A stretch of 64,000 bases of DNA from an uncultured bacterium (GTDB taxonomy: Bacteria; Babelota; Babeliae; Babelales; Babelaceae). This document shows positions 40,881 through 50,690 of the stretch, piece after piece; position 1 is the stretch's first letter, and each line of letters starts with the position of its first letter. The notes beneath the pieces were generated by a model. The model was not told the origin of the DNA and did not search any database. It worked only from the letters and a program-made list of their open reading frames with translations. The translations under genes were made by a program, and so were the position numbers. Where the stretch lies: NCBI GenBank assembly GCA_963848965.1, contig CAWKFG010000004.1:160001-224000 (forward strand), in the 5' to 3' direction.

Positions 40881-40932
40881 TATCTTTGATTTTTGACCAT
40901 GAAAGGCCAAAACATGGTTGAATTTTGACCAT
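40881..40932. repeat. Orphan copy of TTTTGACC-box direct/inverted repeats
   Basis: TTTTGACCATGAAAGGCCAAAA then TTTTGACCAT 32 bp later; matches boxes at 49587-49637 and 52441-52530. Confidence 0.6.
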
Positions 40933-41142
40933 AAATTTAAAATTAACCTTTATAATGCCTAAAAATTGTCCTCAAACGCCTCCTTTGCTCCAGGACTCTC
41001 TTCTGGAAATTCATACTTATTCTTTTTATGCGAGTACCCTCATCTTATACATGGCAGCACCTGCTAGAGCAAGTTGCTCAAATAATATGTTGCTTTATAC
41101 TAAAGAATTAAAGATAACTATTTTATACCTTAGGGAAATTCC

Positions 41143-42642
41143 ATGTATCTTAAAAAACTCTCACTTCTTATGAGCATTATGTTTTTACCATCATACGTAT
41201 TCTCTCAATTTACTCCTCATGCTGATCGTTGGGATTGGAAAGCTATAAATACCAAAGACATTACTTTTGGAAAGCATTTTTTATGGGGTGCAGCTATTTG
41301 TGAATACCAGAACTCTGGTGCATTTCACTGCGATAAAAATAATTGGGCACACTGGGAAAATACCACATTCGCCAACGGTAAGCCGCACACTGTCAACGGA
41401 CAGAAATCTGGCCCTTCTTGTAATCATTGGGATCTCTATAGAAAAGATATTGAGCTTATGAAGCAACTTGGACTCAATTCTTTTAGATTCTCTGTTGAAT
41501 GGAGCAAAATAGAACCTCAGGAAGGCACTTTTGATGAACCTGCCATACAGCATTATGTAGACTTTTGTAATGCGTTGCTAGAAGCAGAGATTAAGCCTTT
41601 AATAACTCTCCATCACTTTACTCATCCACAGTGGTTTGAAGATAAAGGCGCTTTTGAACATGAAGAAAATATTACCTACTTTGTTCGATTTGCAAAAAGA
41701 GTATTTGAAGCGCTTGGATCTAAAGTACACTTATGGTGTACTCTTAATGAGCCTACAATCTATGCATTCCAGGGCTATGTTCGTGGTGTTTTTCCTCCTG
41801 GTAAAAAAAGCTTTGCTGAACTCTTTCCTAATCAACTTGCAGTACATGTACTAAGAAACCTTATGATAGCTCATACACAAGTTTATAAAACTCTTAAAGC
41901 TATGCCTCATGGTGATAGGGCTCAAATAGGCTTAGTACATCAGTATTTGCGCTTTATGCCCTATACTAGTTGGCATCTTCTTGAAAAGCTTCCTGGCTTT
42001 GCACTCAACCATTTTCTTAATGATGTAGTACTCAACTTCTGTTCTACAGGAACATTTAAATACAACTTTTATGTACCATGTATTGCAAATATTCATGCTG
42101 AATACCAAGCTCCAGAAGGTCCACTACTAGACTTTATTGGGCTTAATTACTACTCTCGTGTGCTTGTTCATTTTAAATGGCTTATATTGCCTATGTCCTC
42201 TTGCTATCCACACGAAATTATGACCGATATGCCCTATGCGATGTACGCTCAAGGTCTCTATGAGGCTATTAAAGATGTAGCTCGCCTACGAGTACCTATT
42301 TATATTACTGAAAACGGAATTGCCGACGAAAAAGATACAAAAAGAAAGCAGTTTCTTAAGCAATATATATATGCACTAAGTACTGCTATTAGAGACGGCT
42401 ACGATGTGCGAGGCTTCTACTACTGGAGTCTCACAGACAACTTTGAATGGGACATGGGATATACAATGCGATTCGGTCTTTATGGAGTTAACTTCCAAAC
42501 GCAAGAACGAACATTAAGAAAAGGCTCTCAATACTATGCTAAAGTTATTCGTAAAGCACGAGAAGGACAGCTATCACGACCATTTGCTCTTGTTTCACCA
42601 CCACAAAAAGAATCTCAGCCTACACATGAAAAGCAAGCATAA
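41143..42642 (+). CDS. Glycoside hydrolase family 1 (beta-glucosidase-like) with signal peptide
   Basis: FLWGAA, FRFSVEWSKIEP, TLNEP, ITENG, WSLTDNFEW. Confidence 0.94.
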   Translation: MYLKKLSLLMSIMFLPSYVFSQFTPHADRWDWKAINTKDITFGKHFLWGAAICEYQNSGAFHCDKNNWAHWENTTFANGKPHTVNGQKSGPSCNHWDLYRKDIELMKQLGLNSFRFSVEWSKIEPQEGTFDEPAIQHYVDFCNALLEAEIKPLITLHHFTHPQWFEDKGAFEHEENITYFVRFAKRVFEALGSKVHLWCTLNEPTIYAFQGYVRGVFPPGKKSFAELFPNQLAVHVLRNLMIAHTQVYKTLKAMPHGDRAQIGLVHQYLRFMPYTSWHLLEKLPGFALNHFLNDVVLNFCSTGTFKYNFYVPCIANIHAEYQAPEGPLLDFIGLNYYSRVLVHFKWLILPMSSCYPHEIMTDMPYAMYAQGLYEAIKDVARLRVPIYITENGIADEKDTKRKQFLKQYIYALSTAIRDGYDVRGFYYWSLTDNFEWDMGYTMRFGLYGVNFQTQERTLRKGSQYYAKVIRKAREGQLSRPFALVSPPQKESQPTHEKQA

Positions 42643-42658
42643 ATTTGTACAACAAACC

Positions 42659-42681
42659 AAAAGGGCCCCAGAGGGCCCTTT
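42659..42681. terminator. Bidirectional terminator
   Basis: AAAGGGCCC-CAGA-GGGCCCTTT between convergent genes. Confidence 0.75.
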
Positions 42682-42697
42682 ATTTGTGATCTCTCTT

Positions 42698-43227
42698 TTA
42701 TTTTGCCAAATACTTCAAGAGCCTTTCGTATAATTCTTGAGGAAGAGCTTTTTCAACTTCTTCTTGGTTAAGTTTTCCTTGCTGTATTAAATCTGCTACT
42801 TTCTTTAAACCACTAGTGGCTAAAGTTGGCCCTTCTGGCTTTAAAAGTTCTGCTAATTCTCTATGACCTGCAACAAGAGCAATGTCTGAAGCCGTTTGTC
42901 CTTGAGTATTCCTTACAGCTTTATCAGCACCCACTTTAAGTAATTGCTGAACAATCTCTTTATTTCCCTTATCAGCTGCTGCCATAAGCATAGTCCAACC
43001 TATATAAGGTTGATGCCAGTCATGCCCACCTTCAAGCTTTTTATCCACATTAAAAGGCTCAAACGTAGAAAATGCTTTATATTTGAGAACTTCATCGAAC
43101 ATAGACTTAAAGTTCTCTGAATCGTTCTTTATAATAGAAGAGATAATATCCAAAAAGTCACATTGTATGTATGGTATATAAAGTGAAAATACCATTATAA
43201 AAACAAGTTTTTTAGATTCAAAAACAT
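42698..43227 (-). CDS. Ankyrin-repeat protein with C-terminal SOCS-box-like tail; 1-nt frameshift in the signal peptide region (open frame 42698..43195)
   Basis: GWTMLMAAADKGNKEIVQQLLKVGAD, GQTASDIA; RBS-preceded ATG at 43227 is out of frame by one base. Confidence 0.75.
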
Positions 43228-43432
43228 AGCACTCCTTAAATATATTTTTATTTGAAAATAATTTCCATTATTATATATTATTACAGTTCCTTCCTTCTGA
43301 TTTCAAGCATTTTATATATAATAATTACGTGCATAATAAAATTGTAGTGGACTTGTAGAAGCTCAAACCCCATGGACTACCTCCACCTCTAGAGGCCAGG
43401 AGAATTCTTACTACTTGTTGTTAAAGACTAAT

Positions 43433-43457
43433 AAAGGGCAGCTGAGTGCTGCCCTTT
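43433..43457 (-). terminator. Terminator hairpin
   Basis: AAAGGGCAGC-TGAGT-GCTGCCCTTT. Confidence 0.7.
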
Positions 43458-43478
43458 AAGTTTTCATAACTACTATTA

Positions 43479-44093
43479 TTATCTATCTGTTTTAGGCTCA
43501 GGAGCACAAACACAGCGAGAATCTTCTAACTCTTTTACCTCTTCCATAGTTTGAGGAACAAGATTGTCTTGTGTCTTCTTCACCCAACTGTCATAAAAAG
43601 ATTGTAGTTGCTTATAGAGCATTCCTATTCTTTCTAATTCTTGTGTATTTTGAGTTCGTAGGTCCACAGATGGCAATATAATCTTAGTAAAACACTCATC
43701 AACTTTGAATAATTGTAGAGTATCCAATATACCCCTTTGAAAAGCATTCCAACATTTAAATAGTGTTTGCCCATCAGCTAAATCATCTACAAAAGTATTA
43801 TAAAGTATACCTTCTGCATAAAATCGTAGACTCAGCTCTTTCTCCCATAGATCATGCCAAGCTCGTGAATCTTTAACCAATAGAGAAAGCTTAGCTAGTA
43901 CATCACAATAGTTAGTGCCAAAGCGTTGTCCTTTTTTGTAATATTCTTCTGCACTAAGAGGACAATCCTCTTTATAATTTTCTGCAACATACATGCGCAT
44001 CTTTTGCTTTTCTTTTTCCATACCATATGAGAAAGCAGGCACTAGTATAAGACTAAGAGCACATAATTTTTTTGCTAAATACATATTTTTCAT
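43479..44093 (-). CDS. Hypothetical secreted protein
   Basis: Signal peptide ending SYG then MEKEK. Confidence 0.65.
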   Translation of the reverse strand: MKNMYLAKKLCALSLILVPAFSYGMEKEKQKMRMYVAENYKEDCPLSAEEYYKKGQRFGTNYCDVLAKLSLLVKDSRAWHDLWEKELSLRFYAEGILYNTFVDDLADGQTLFKCWNAFQRGILDTLQLFKVDECFTKIILPSVDLRTQNTQELERIGMLYKQLQSFYDSWVKKTQDNLVPQTMEEVKELEDSRCVCAPEPKTDR

Positions 44094-44311
44094 ATTTTAC
44101 CTTTCAATCATTATGTTTTTTGTTAACATAACTTTTATCATACAGAAAATAATAGATTTATCAAAACCTCTCTATAGAAAATCATAGTACATTAAGCAAT
44201 TGTGCCTTAGTTAGCACGTTCATGAGAGCTGTTACATAATTTCTAGCTAAAGGTACAGTAATAGCAGAAAACAAGTATGGTTACTCTATTTTTTCTTTTA
44301 AGGAATCATCA

Positions 44312-44749
44312 ATGAACAAATTACAAAAGATTCTTATTATAGCTTTCTTCTTTTCAGTTAACACTCACGCAGTTTTACTTACCAACGGAGCTCACATCCC
44401 TTATGCAAAAGTAAAGCATGTCTATGATATTCTAAAAACATTAGAAAAAGAGAAGTGCTATTGTCTCTTAGCAGATTTATATAGAGCTTCAAAGAGCAAG
44501 CAGCTCAATCCGGATACTTTTGTACTCAATGATGTGCTAAACAAGAAAGATAGCAACAGAATGCAAACTGCAATAGAGCTTGGCCTCTGTGACAAAACAG
44601 GAGCTCTTGATACTGATACTGCTCATATTATTAACTCTTCTATTAGTACAATGTTCAAGGCACCACGCTGGGTTATATATGTGACAGTAAAATCACCTAT
44701 AAGTTGGAAAAACTATTTTTCTTTAAGTTATTGGAAAGAAAAAGCATAA
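44312..44749 (+). CDS. Hypothetical secreted protein
   Basis: Signal peptide ending THA; AAGGA RBS. Confidence 0.6.
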   Translation: MNKLQKILIIAFFFSVNTHAVLLTNGAHIPYAKVKHVYDILKTLEKEKCYCLLADLYRASKSKQLNPDTFVLNDVLNKKDSNRMQTAIELGLCDKTGALDTDTAHIINSSISTMFKAPRWVIYVTVKSPISWKNYFSLSYWKEKA

Positions 44750-44874
44750 AAAAAGGATGGGAGATTAAGAATTCAAGGATGCCAAACTACGTCGATTCTT
44801 GTTATTCAATAGTATTTGCTGTATAATTAATTTAAAAATAAATAGAATTAACATTACTTTAAAAGGATTATCGT

Positions 44875-45285
44875 ATGTCAATCAAATACTATTTTATTGC
44901 CGTTTTTCTTCTTGGTACCTCATTAGCTCAAGCAATGGATGTTACACAACCGCAAGGTCAAAGTACTTTAACAGAAGCTCAAAAAGCACTTTTTATGTTC
45001 CGCGCTCGTGGCTTAATGTTTGTAAAAGCTGCTCAAGAAAATAAAACTGCCGTAGTTAATGCTCTTTTACCAACCATTGGTACCCTTATTAATACGAAGG
45101 ATCAAGCTGGCAAAAGTGCTCTTCATCATGCAGTAGGCAATCAAAATAGAGAAATGGTACAAGCTTTAGTAAGAGCTCAAGCTGATATTACTCTCGCAGA
45201 TAATGCAGGGCAAACACCTTTAGACCTTGCAAGAGAAACAAATAACACAGAAATTATAGCTCTTTTATCTCCAAAGCAAAAATAA
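44875..45285 (+). CDS. Secreted ankyrin-repeat protein
   Basis: AQA-MD signal junction; GKSALHHAVGNQNREMVQALVRAQADI, GQTPLDLA. Confidence 0.88.
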   Translation: MSIKYYFIAVFLLGTSLAQAMDVTQPQGQSTLTEAQKALFMFRARGLMFVKAAQENKTAVVNALLPTIGTLINTKDQAGKSALHHAVGNQNREMVQALVRAQADITLADNAGQTPLDLARETNNTEIIALLSPKQK

Positions 45286-45522
45286 GTAAGTTCATTACGA
45301 AAAAGAACTGAATATTTCTATTTCTTTGATCAACCAGTGAAAAAGTATCAAAAAAGAATTATCACCTTAATTCTCCTGTGCTATACTCAAAAGTAGCTTC
45401 AATAATGAAAAAATCATCAGATAAACTAACCTTTTACTACTTAATTATTGCGAATAAAGCTATTAATTTTGTATAGTAAGTAGAGTAAAATAATCAAATA
45501 ATTTATCTATAAGGAGAATAAA

Positions 45523-45873
45523 ATGAATTATAAGACTTTTTTAGGGATACTTCTTGTATTTCCTTTTACCACTTTTGGCATGGAGCCAGATCCAGCATCT
45601 GTTGATAGTCCTCTAAATGCAGCTGGAGAAACTCCCTTAATGCGAGCTATAACCTATGGAGATAAAGATAAAGTACAAAAGCTTATTAAAGCAGGTGCTA
45701 ATATTAATTTCGTAACTAAATATGGTATGACTCCTCATGCCCTTGCTACTATAGGCTCTATGTTTAGTCCCGAAGCACAAGCTATATTAAAGCTTCTTGA
45801 AGAACATGGGGCACACGGAGGCCCTATGCCCCTTAAAATAACAGTCGGATCAAAAACAAAAGAATCAAAATAA
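45523..45873 (+). CDS. Secreted ankyrin-repeat protein
   Basis: TFG-ME junction; GETPLMRAITYGDKDKVQKLIKAGANIN. Confidence 0.88.
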   Translation: MNYKTFLGILLVFPFTTFGMEPDPASVDSPLNAAGETPLMRAITYGDKDKVQKLIKAGANINFVTKYGMTPHALATIGSMFSPEAQAILKLLEEHGAHGGPMPLKITVGSKTKESK

Positions 45874-45894
45874 TGATTTGCTTGAATTAGATTT

Positions 45895-45925
45895 AAGATG
45901 GCCAAAAAACTTTGGCCATCTTTTT
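45895..45925 (+). terminator. Rho-independent terminator
   Basis: AAGATGGCCAAA-AAAC-TTTGGCCATCTT followed by T run. Confidence 0.75.
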
Positions 45926-45998
45926 ATTCCCGCACAAGCCTCTCGTGCATATACTCTTGCAAAGCTCGTAGCTCAGCATACTATGCCCTTTATTCAAC

Positions 45999-47180
45999 TT
46001 ATACGTTGGTTAATTCTTCTTTTAGATCCTGCGGAAGTACTTTCTCTGCTTTTGTACTAAAAGTCTGATTATTTTTGCGTATATAGGCTAGAGTAATTTC
46101 CTTAAGTGTTGCCACTTGTATCTTCTTTTTATCTTTAAGTCTGGTCAGCCATAAATACTTAGGCTCTGGACCACCTCTGGTATCAACGGGTTCTCCTTTA
46201 CCTAATACCTCGAGCCATTTTCCTCCTTGGCTAATAGCCTTAAGAGCAACTAAGGGAAGATTTGTCGATATGCTCAAGAGCTTAGCCTGATCACCATCAT
46301 CAATTGAATCATCATTTACCATGAGATTAAGAATTGAACGTATATAGGGAGTATTTTCAATACAAAGTTTGCTTAGTTGAGGTGCCATAACCGCTTTTTC
46401 TGGCACTTTTACAAGTGGGTTATTATCTAGATCTACATATTGTAATGTAGGATATTCCGAAGGCATACTGTCAGAAATATCAGTAAGCCGATTATTACTA
46501 AGCGTAAGTGAGGTAAGTCTTGTATTATACTTTAAAGCATCAGCAGAAAGTCCTTTGAGATAGTTATCACTCACGTCTAATATCTCTAATAGAGGACAAT
46601 AATAAAAAATAGTCGCAGGAAGCTCTTGAAGGTAATTATGATTCAATCGAAGAGATTTAAGTTTTTTACACAATACAAAAAGATTTCCAGAAAGCTTTGT
46701 AAGCATATTACTTGAAATCCATAAGTATTCTAATATGCTCTTGTCTGAAAAAGTATCTTCAGCAAGTAAATTTATCTTATTAGAACCAAGATCAAGGCCA
46801 GATAATCGTGAGAAACATTCCAAATCTTTCTTTTTTAAAGATGTAAGAGCATTTTCTGAGAGCCTTACGGAATCAATAGTGCTTACATTAGAATGAGAAG
46901 CTGATATAAATTCTTTTAAATGCTCAAGCGAGGCTATATTTAAACCCTGAAGATAAAGACTTTTCTTATCATAACTGAAAAGTTGACCATTACTGAGTCT
47001 ATGTGCAAATTCCACCTTCGTTCTTAACTTCAAAAGATCAAGGACCCCAACAGTTGCTTTTTCTTTTTTAGAATGTACAATCTGCTGGCCATGCCGAGCC
47101 GATTCCTTCTTTTCTTGCTCCATACCCTGCATATACATAAAAAGACTTATACTTGCTAAAGTTAAAAATAGTTTTTTCAT
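45999..47180 (-). CDS. Secreted leucine-rich-repeat protein with C-terminal SOCS-box-like tail
   Basis: 24-aa LxxLxLxxNxL repeats; start moved to MKKLFLTL; tail VATLKEITLAYIRKN...VLPQDLKEEL. Confidence 0.85.
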   Translation of the reverse strand: MKKLFLTLASISLFMYMQGMEQEKKESARHGQQIVHSKKEKATVGVLDLLKLRTKVEFAHRLSNGQLFSYDKKSLYLQGLNIASLEHLKEFISASHSNVSTIDSVRLSENALTSLKKKDLECFSRLSGLDLGSNKINLLAEDTFSDKSILEYLWISSNMLTKLSGNLFVLCKKLKSLRLNHNYLQELPATIFYYCPLLEILDVSDNYLKGLSADALKYNTRLTSLTLSNNRLTDISDSMPSEYPTLQYVDLDNNPLVKVPEKAVMAPQLSKLCIENTPYIRSILNLMVNDDSIDDGDQAKLLSISTNLPLVALKAISQGGKWLEVLGKGEPVDTRGGPEPKYLWLTRLKDKKKIQVATLKEITLAYIRKNNQTFSTKAEKVLPQDLKEELTNV

Positions 47181-47196
47181 AGTGAGCCCATTCAAT

Positions 47197-47225
47197 AAAA
47201 AAGCGGTACTAGAAAGTACCGCTTT
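47197..47225 (-). terminator. Rho-independent terminator
   Basis: AAGCGGTACT-AGAA-AGTACCGCTT with A run on + strand. Confidence 0.7.
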
Positions 47226-47232
47226 AAATGTG

Positions 47233-47976
47233 TTAGAGACAAAACGCAAATGCGTATGACGGTTGCTTAAATCTCTTATATTCTGCTTCTTTTTCAAGAG
47301 CATTGTGCTGCACTAAAAATTCTTTTGCAAAATCATTTTTCATGTTGCGTGCCTCATTATAAGCAAAATAAAGGTAGAGATCTCGCGGTGTACATTCAGG
47401 CCGATCTTCTGAAGCAATACCAGGTGATGAACTTGCTACCTCTTCTAACTCAAGTGACAATGCGGTATGTTTAAAAAGCTCAACGATTTTTAAATGCTTT
47501 TTCAACTGAATACGCGTATCATCTCTATCCTGTACCAACTCTAATTCTTCAACTTTAGAAGAAATGAGGGTTCGGATAAGTTCCATAACAGCTCTTTTTT
47601 CAGAAAGTTTTAAATTATTATTTTTAAAAAGAACAAGAAAAGCCAATTCAACAAGATCTTTTACAGGATGACTGTAAATTATGCTGTGAGTTAGATCAAG
47701 GTTAAGATAAGTCACTAGTCGCTTATTAACTTCTTGTTGCAGCTCTTGTGGCAAGAGTGAAAGGAAAGTCGCTTTATACATAGCATCTTGTGGTAGTTGT
47801 TTTAAGCGTTTAAGCGCGTTATTATATACTTCTTCAGAATTTACCGGATTACTTCGCTTTACCGGTGGAAGCAGGGACCTCTTAGGTTGCTCCTCATGAT
47901 TCATTGCACGTATAGTTGAGATGCTCAATAATAGCACGCTTACGAGTGCCGTTACTTTATATGATGTCATATACAA
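47233..47976 (-). CDS. Hypothetical secreted protein with F-box-like segment
   Basis: IRA-MN signal junction; FLSLLPQELQQEVNKRL. Confidence 0.6.
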   Translation of the reverse strand: MYMTSYKVTALVSVLLLSISTIRAMNHEEQPKRSLLPPVKRSNPVNSEEVYNNALKRLKQLPQDAMYKATFLSLLPQELQQEVNKRLVTYLNLDLTHSIIYSHPVKDLVELAFLVLFKNNNLKLSEKRAVMELIRTLISSKVEELELVQDRDDTRIQLKKHLKIVELFKHTALSLELEEVASSSPGIASEDRPECTPRDLYLYFAYNEARNMKNDFAKEFLVQHNALEKEAEYKRFKQPSYAFAFCL

Positions 47977-48088
47977 ATCCTTTAATCAAGGCAATTATTA
48001 ATAATATTCATTACAATAGAATTTCTATAATTCTATTGGTAAATTATAATAAAAAATTATAAATAAAGCAAATAAAACTATAATATGC

Positions 48089-48196
48089 TTATCCTAATTG
48101 ACAAGTTGCGTGACTTTTGCTCATCCGACAAGCTCCACACAAAAGCAAGGATCTGCGATAGGAAGCCTGTTTCCAGTCAATAAGATCATGAAAATA
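48089..48196 (-). pseudogene. Degenerate N-terminal remnant of an AAA+/DUF4143 ATPase
   Basis: Translates as DLIDWKQASYRRSLLLCGACRMSKSHATCQLG*, versus LLEWK...LLIRGARQVGKTHAARNLG in paralogs. Confidence 0.65.
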
Positions 48197-48226
48197 GCTA
48201 GGTGGGTACTCCTAAAAGATCTTTCT

Positions 48227-49021
48227 TCAGTAATTACGGTAAGGCTGTGCCTCATTCCATGCTTTGCTTAACGTATCTCTAAATAGTTGATCAAGTTCAT
48301 TTACATCTGGTTGATTTTTAAAATGTAACTCTTTTACATAGTTATTAAAATACTCAATCTGCCTTTCAGCATAGTCATTAATAATAGAAATCCGAGGAGC
48401 TTTATCTAATTCCTCTCCATTAATTTTTCTTTCAAGCAACTGCAGAATAGCCTGCTTGAGTTCTCCTCTTTCAAGCAAAGTATTCATCATAAGTTGAAAA
48501 TCTAGAGGAGCCATTTCATGAAAATTTTCAATCCATGCGCAAGCTAACAAAGGACGAAGAACATAAAAATATTTTTTTACCCATACGATATCTCCTTGTA
48601 AATATTCTTTGTAGTTATTAAGAGCCATGCTCAAATAATGGTACAAGCATGATTGAGGATTAAAATAGTTACGAGCTAGTCGTCTCGCTTGTTCAGCAAA
48701 GTCAGTATACTCTACATATACAATAGGGCTATTAAGCCACTCCATCATCGATGGATTAGACTTGCTAAATAGCCTTAAGGCTTTTCTTATCTCCCATCCA
48801 GCTAAATCAATATCGTTTGATAAAATTTTTTCAAAATTATCCTTCTTATCCCCTATTGAAAGATACCACTCAAAATGATGCACATAAATAAATCGGACAT
48901 CCCAATCGCTATTAGTAGATGCAAATCCCCAGGCTCTACTACCTGACTCTACAGCATATAAGATTTTTATTGATCTTTGTTCTTCTAACGCTTTCAATTC
49001 TTTTATTATTGCTTCTTTCAT
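48227..49021 (-). CDS. YcgL/RlaP-like DNA polymerase beta superfamily nucleotidyltransferase
   Basis: YAVESGSRAWGFASTNSDWDVRFIY, KKYFYVLRPLLA. Confidence 0.9.
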   Translation of the reverse strand: MKEAIIKELKALEEQRSIKILYAVESGSRAWGFASTNSDWDVRFIYVHHFEWYLSIGDKKDNFEKILSNDIDLAGWEIRKALRLFSKSNPSMMEWLNSPIVYVEYTDFAEQARRLARNYFNPQSCLYHYLSMALNNYKEYLQGDIVWVKKYFYVLRPLLACAWIENFHEMAPLDFQLMMNTLLERGELKQAILQLLERKINGEELDKAPRISIINDYAERQIEYFNNYVKELHFKNQPDVNELDQLFRDTLSKAWNEAQPYRNY

Positions 49022-49057
49022 TGGAACTCCATAAGCGCAAAAACTGCTTTTCCATAC

Positions 49058-49589
49058 TCAGACTATTTTCTCTACAGTTTGATTTTTAACAACAGCAGCA
49101 ATAGCATATAAAGGATATGAGTAGATCCTATCTCTAGCTGAGTATACATAGTTATTTCTCGAAAAGTGTATTCCGTAAGGGATTTTAGGATGCTCTTTTA
49201 GAAAGAGATGCATACTTTTTAGAGCACCTCCAGTACCGCTTTTAACTTCTATAGGAATAACATGCTCATTATGTTGTATAAGATAATCAATCTCTGCTTG
49301 ACTTCCACGTTCAGCACGCTGCCAATAATATAGCTCTGCTTTCATATGAGGATCTGCGTACACTAAGAGCTCTTGACCAACAAACGCTTCAATAAATTCG
49401 CCTTTGTTAACAAATTGATCAAAAGGATTTACTAACCATTGGCCTAACCGAAGTCCCAATTGTGCCTGAGTTAAAGCAACGTCAAGGCAAAATACCTTAA
49501 ATACTTCAGGATCAACTTGAGCTCCTAAAGGATCTACGATAGGAAGCTTGTTTCCATTCAAGAAGATAATGATCAATAAAACGGCGCAT
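49058..49589 (-). pseudogene. AAA+/DUF4143 ATPase with a large internal deletion
   Basis: ATG at 49589 gives MRRFIDHYLLEWKQASYRRS, joined out of frame to the C-terminal part (YYWQR..GSQAEIDYL, IPIEVKSG). Confidence 0.8.
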
Positions 49590-49637
49590 GGTCAAAATTC
49601 AAAGATAGTTTAGCCTAAATATGGTCAAAATTCAAAC
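49587..49637. promoter_or_regulatory. TTTTGACC-box repeats overlapping the start codon of the AAA pseudogene
   Basis: ATGGTCAAAATTCAAA twice, 33 bp apart. Confidence 0.6.
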
Positions 49638-49886
49638 ATCTTTATAATTTTATAAGACGCGGAACATAAGTATACTATTTGATGCACTTTTTAAAACAAA
49701 GAAATTATAGCGTCCTTTTCTCCTTGAGAGGGATACCTAAGCTCATCTTTGGCATCTTATATGCCAGTTAAAGATAAAAGATCCTATAGAAAGCCAAAGG
49801 TTTTTAATATAAACTTGAAATTATAATTAATAATTTTGTATACTGACCATAATAATATAAATATACGACTATTACAAGGAGATAGT

Positions 49887-50207
49887 ATGGCCTGCAAAGT
49901 TTTTTATGCACTACTTATTGTATTACCTTTTACAATTTTCGGTATGGAACCAGCAGCTGTTGATCGTCCCTTAGATAAAGCGGGAAATACTCTTTTAATA
50001 AAAGCTATAGCTAGTGGTAACATAGACGAAGTAGAACGACTTATAAAACTTGGTGCCAATGTTAATCTGCGTACCGCATATGGTATAACCCCTTTCAGCC
50101 TTGCCTTTATGCTAGCCACAGTTGATCCGGATAAAGGAGAACCTATAGTAGATACACTCAGAAAATATGGCGCAACAGCTGCTAGAACCTCCAAAATAAG
50201 AGATTAA
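49887..50207 (+). CDS. Secreted ankyrin-repeat protein, paralog of 45523..45873
   Basis: LPFTIFG-MEP; GNTLLIKAIASGNIDEVERLIKLGANVN; AAGGAG RBS before ATG 49887. Confidence 0.85.
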   Translation: MACKVFYALLIVLPFTIFGMEPAAVDRPLDKAGNTLLIKAIASGNIDEVERLIKLGANVNLRTAYGITPFSLAFMLATVDPDKGEPIVDTLRKYGATAARTSKIRD

Positions 50208-50296
50208 GCCTGGCTTGATTAGTATGATAGTTATAGCTGCTACACTCAATGATAGTCAAATTAAATACACAATAAAATAATTATTAAGGAGAGAAA

Positions 50297-50548
50297 ATGG
50301 TTAAAAAAACACTTGTTCTTATTGCTCTTGTAACAGCTACTGTATATTCTCATTCACTTTACTCGAGTCTTTGTGAATGTACCCTTAGTACCCAACCAAT
50401 TACTGATACTACAACTTCTTCTACAGGAGTACGAACATTTCATTTTCAATATACCAATATATCTAATGTAGATGATTGCAGAACACGATGCCAGGAAAAA
50501 AAGGCTGAATATAACATGCCTTATATGACTGGTCATTTTACAAAATAA
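50297..50548 (+). CDS. Small secreted cysteine-containing protein
   Basis: AAGGAG RBS, signal peptide, CEC and CRTRC. Confidence 0.65.
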   Translation: MVKKTLVLIALVTATVYSHSLYSSLCECTLSTQPITDTTTSSTGVRTFHFQYTNISNVDDCRTRCQEKKAEYNMPYMTGHFTK

Positions 50549-50690
50549 TGATGCCAATTATCTAAACCATTATAGTAGCTGATACGTATTTTCTTGTAAA
50601 ATTCACCGTGATTTTATAAAATTATAGCATGGAATGCATTACAGACTTTTTTATAATATTTATGGATCGCATTCCATGAATAGAAGTTTT

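Noticed and set aside
40925..41173. 82-aa ORF before GH1
   Set aside because: No RBS or family motif; only faint resemblance (IHTYSFYA) to the AAA ATPase C-terminus, too weak to call
47181..47303. N-terminal extension of the LRR ORF
   Set aside because: Overlaps the upstream gene and crosses a terminator; MKKLFLTL at 47180 gives a proper signal peptide
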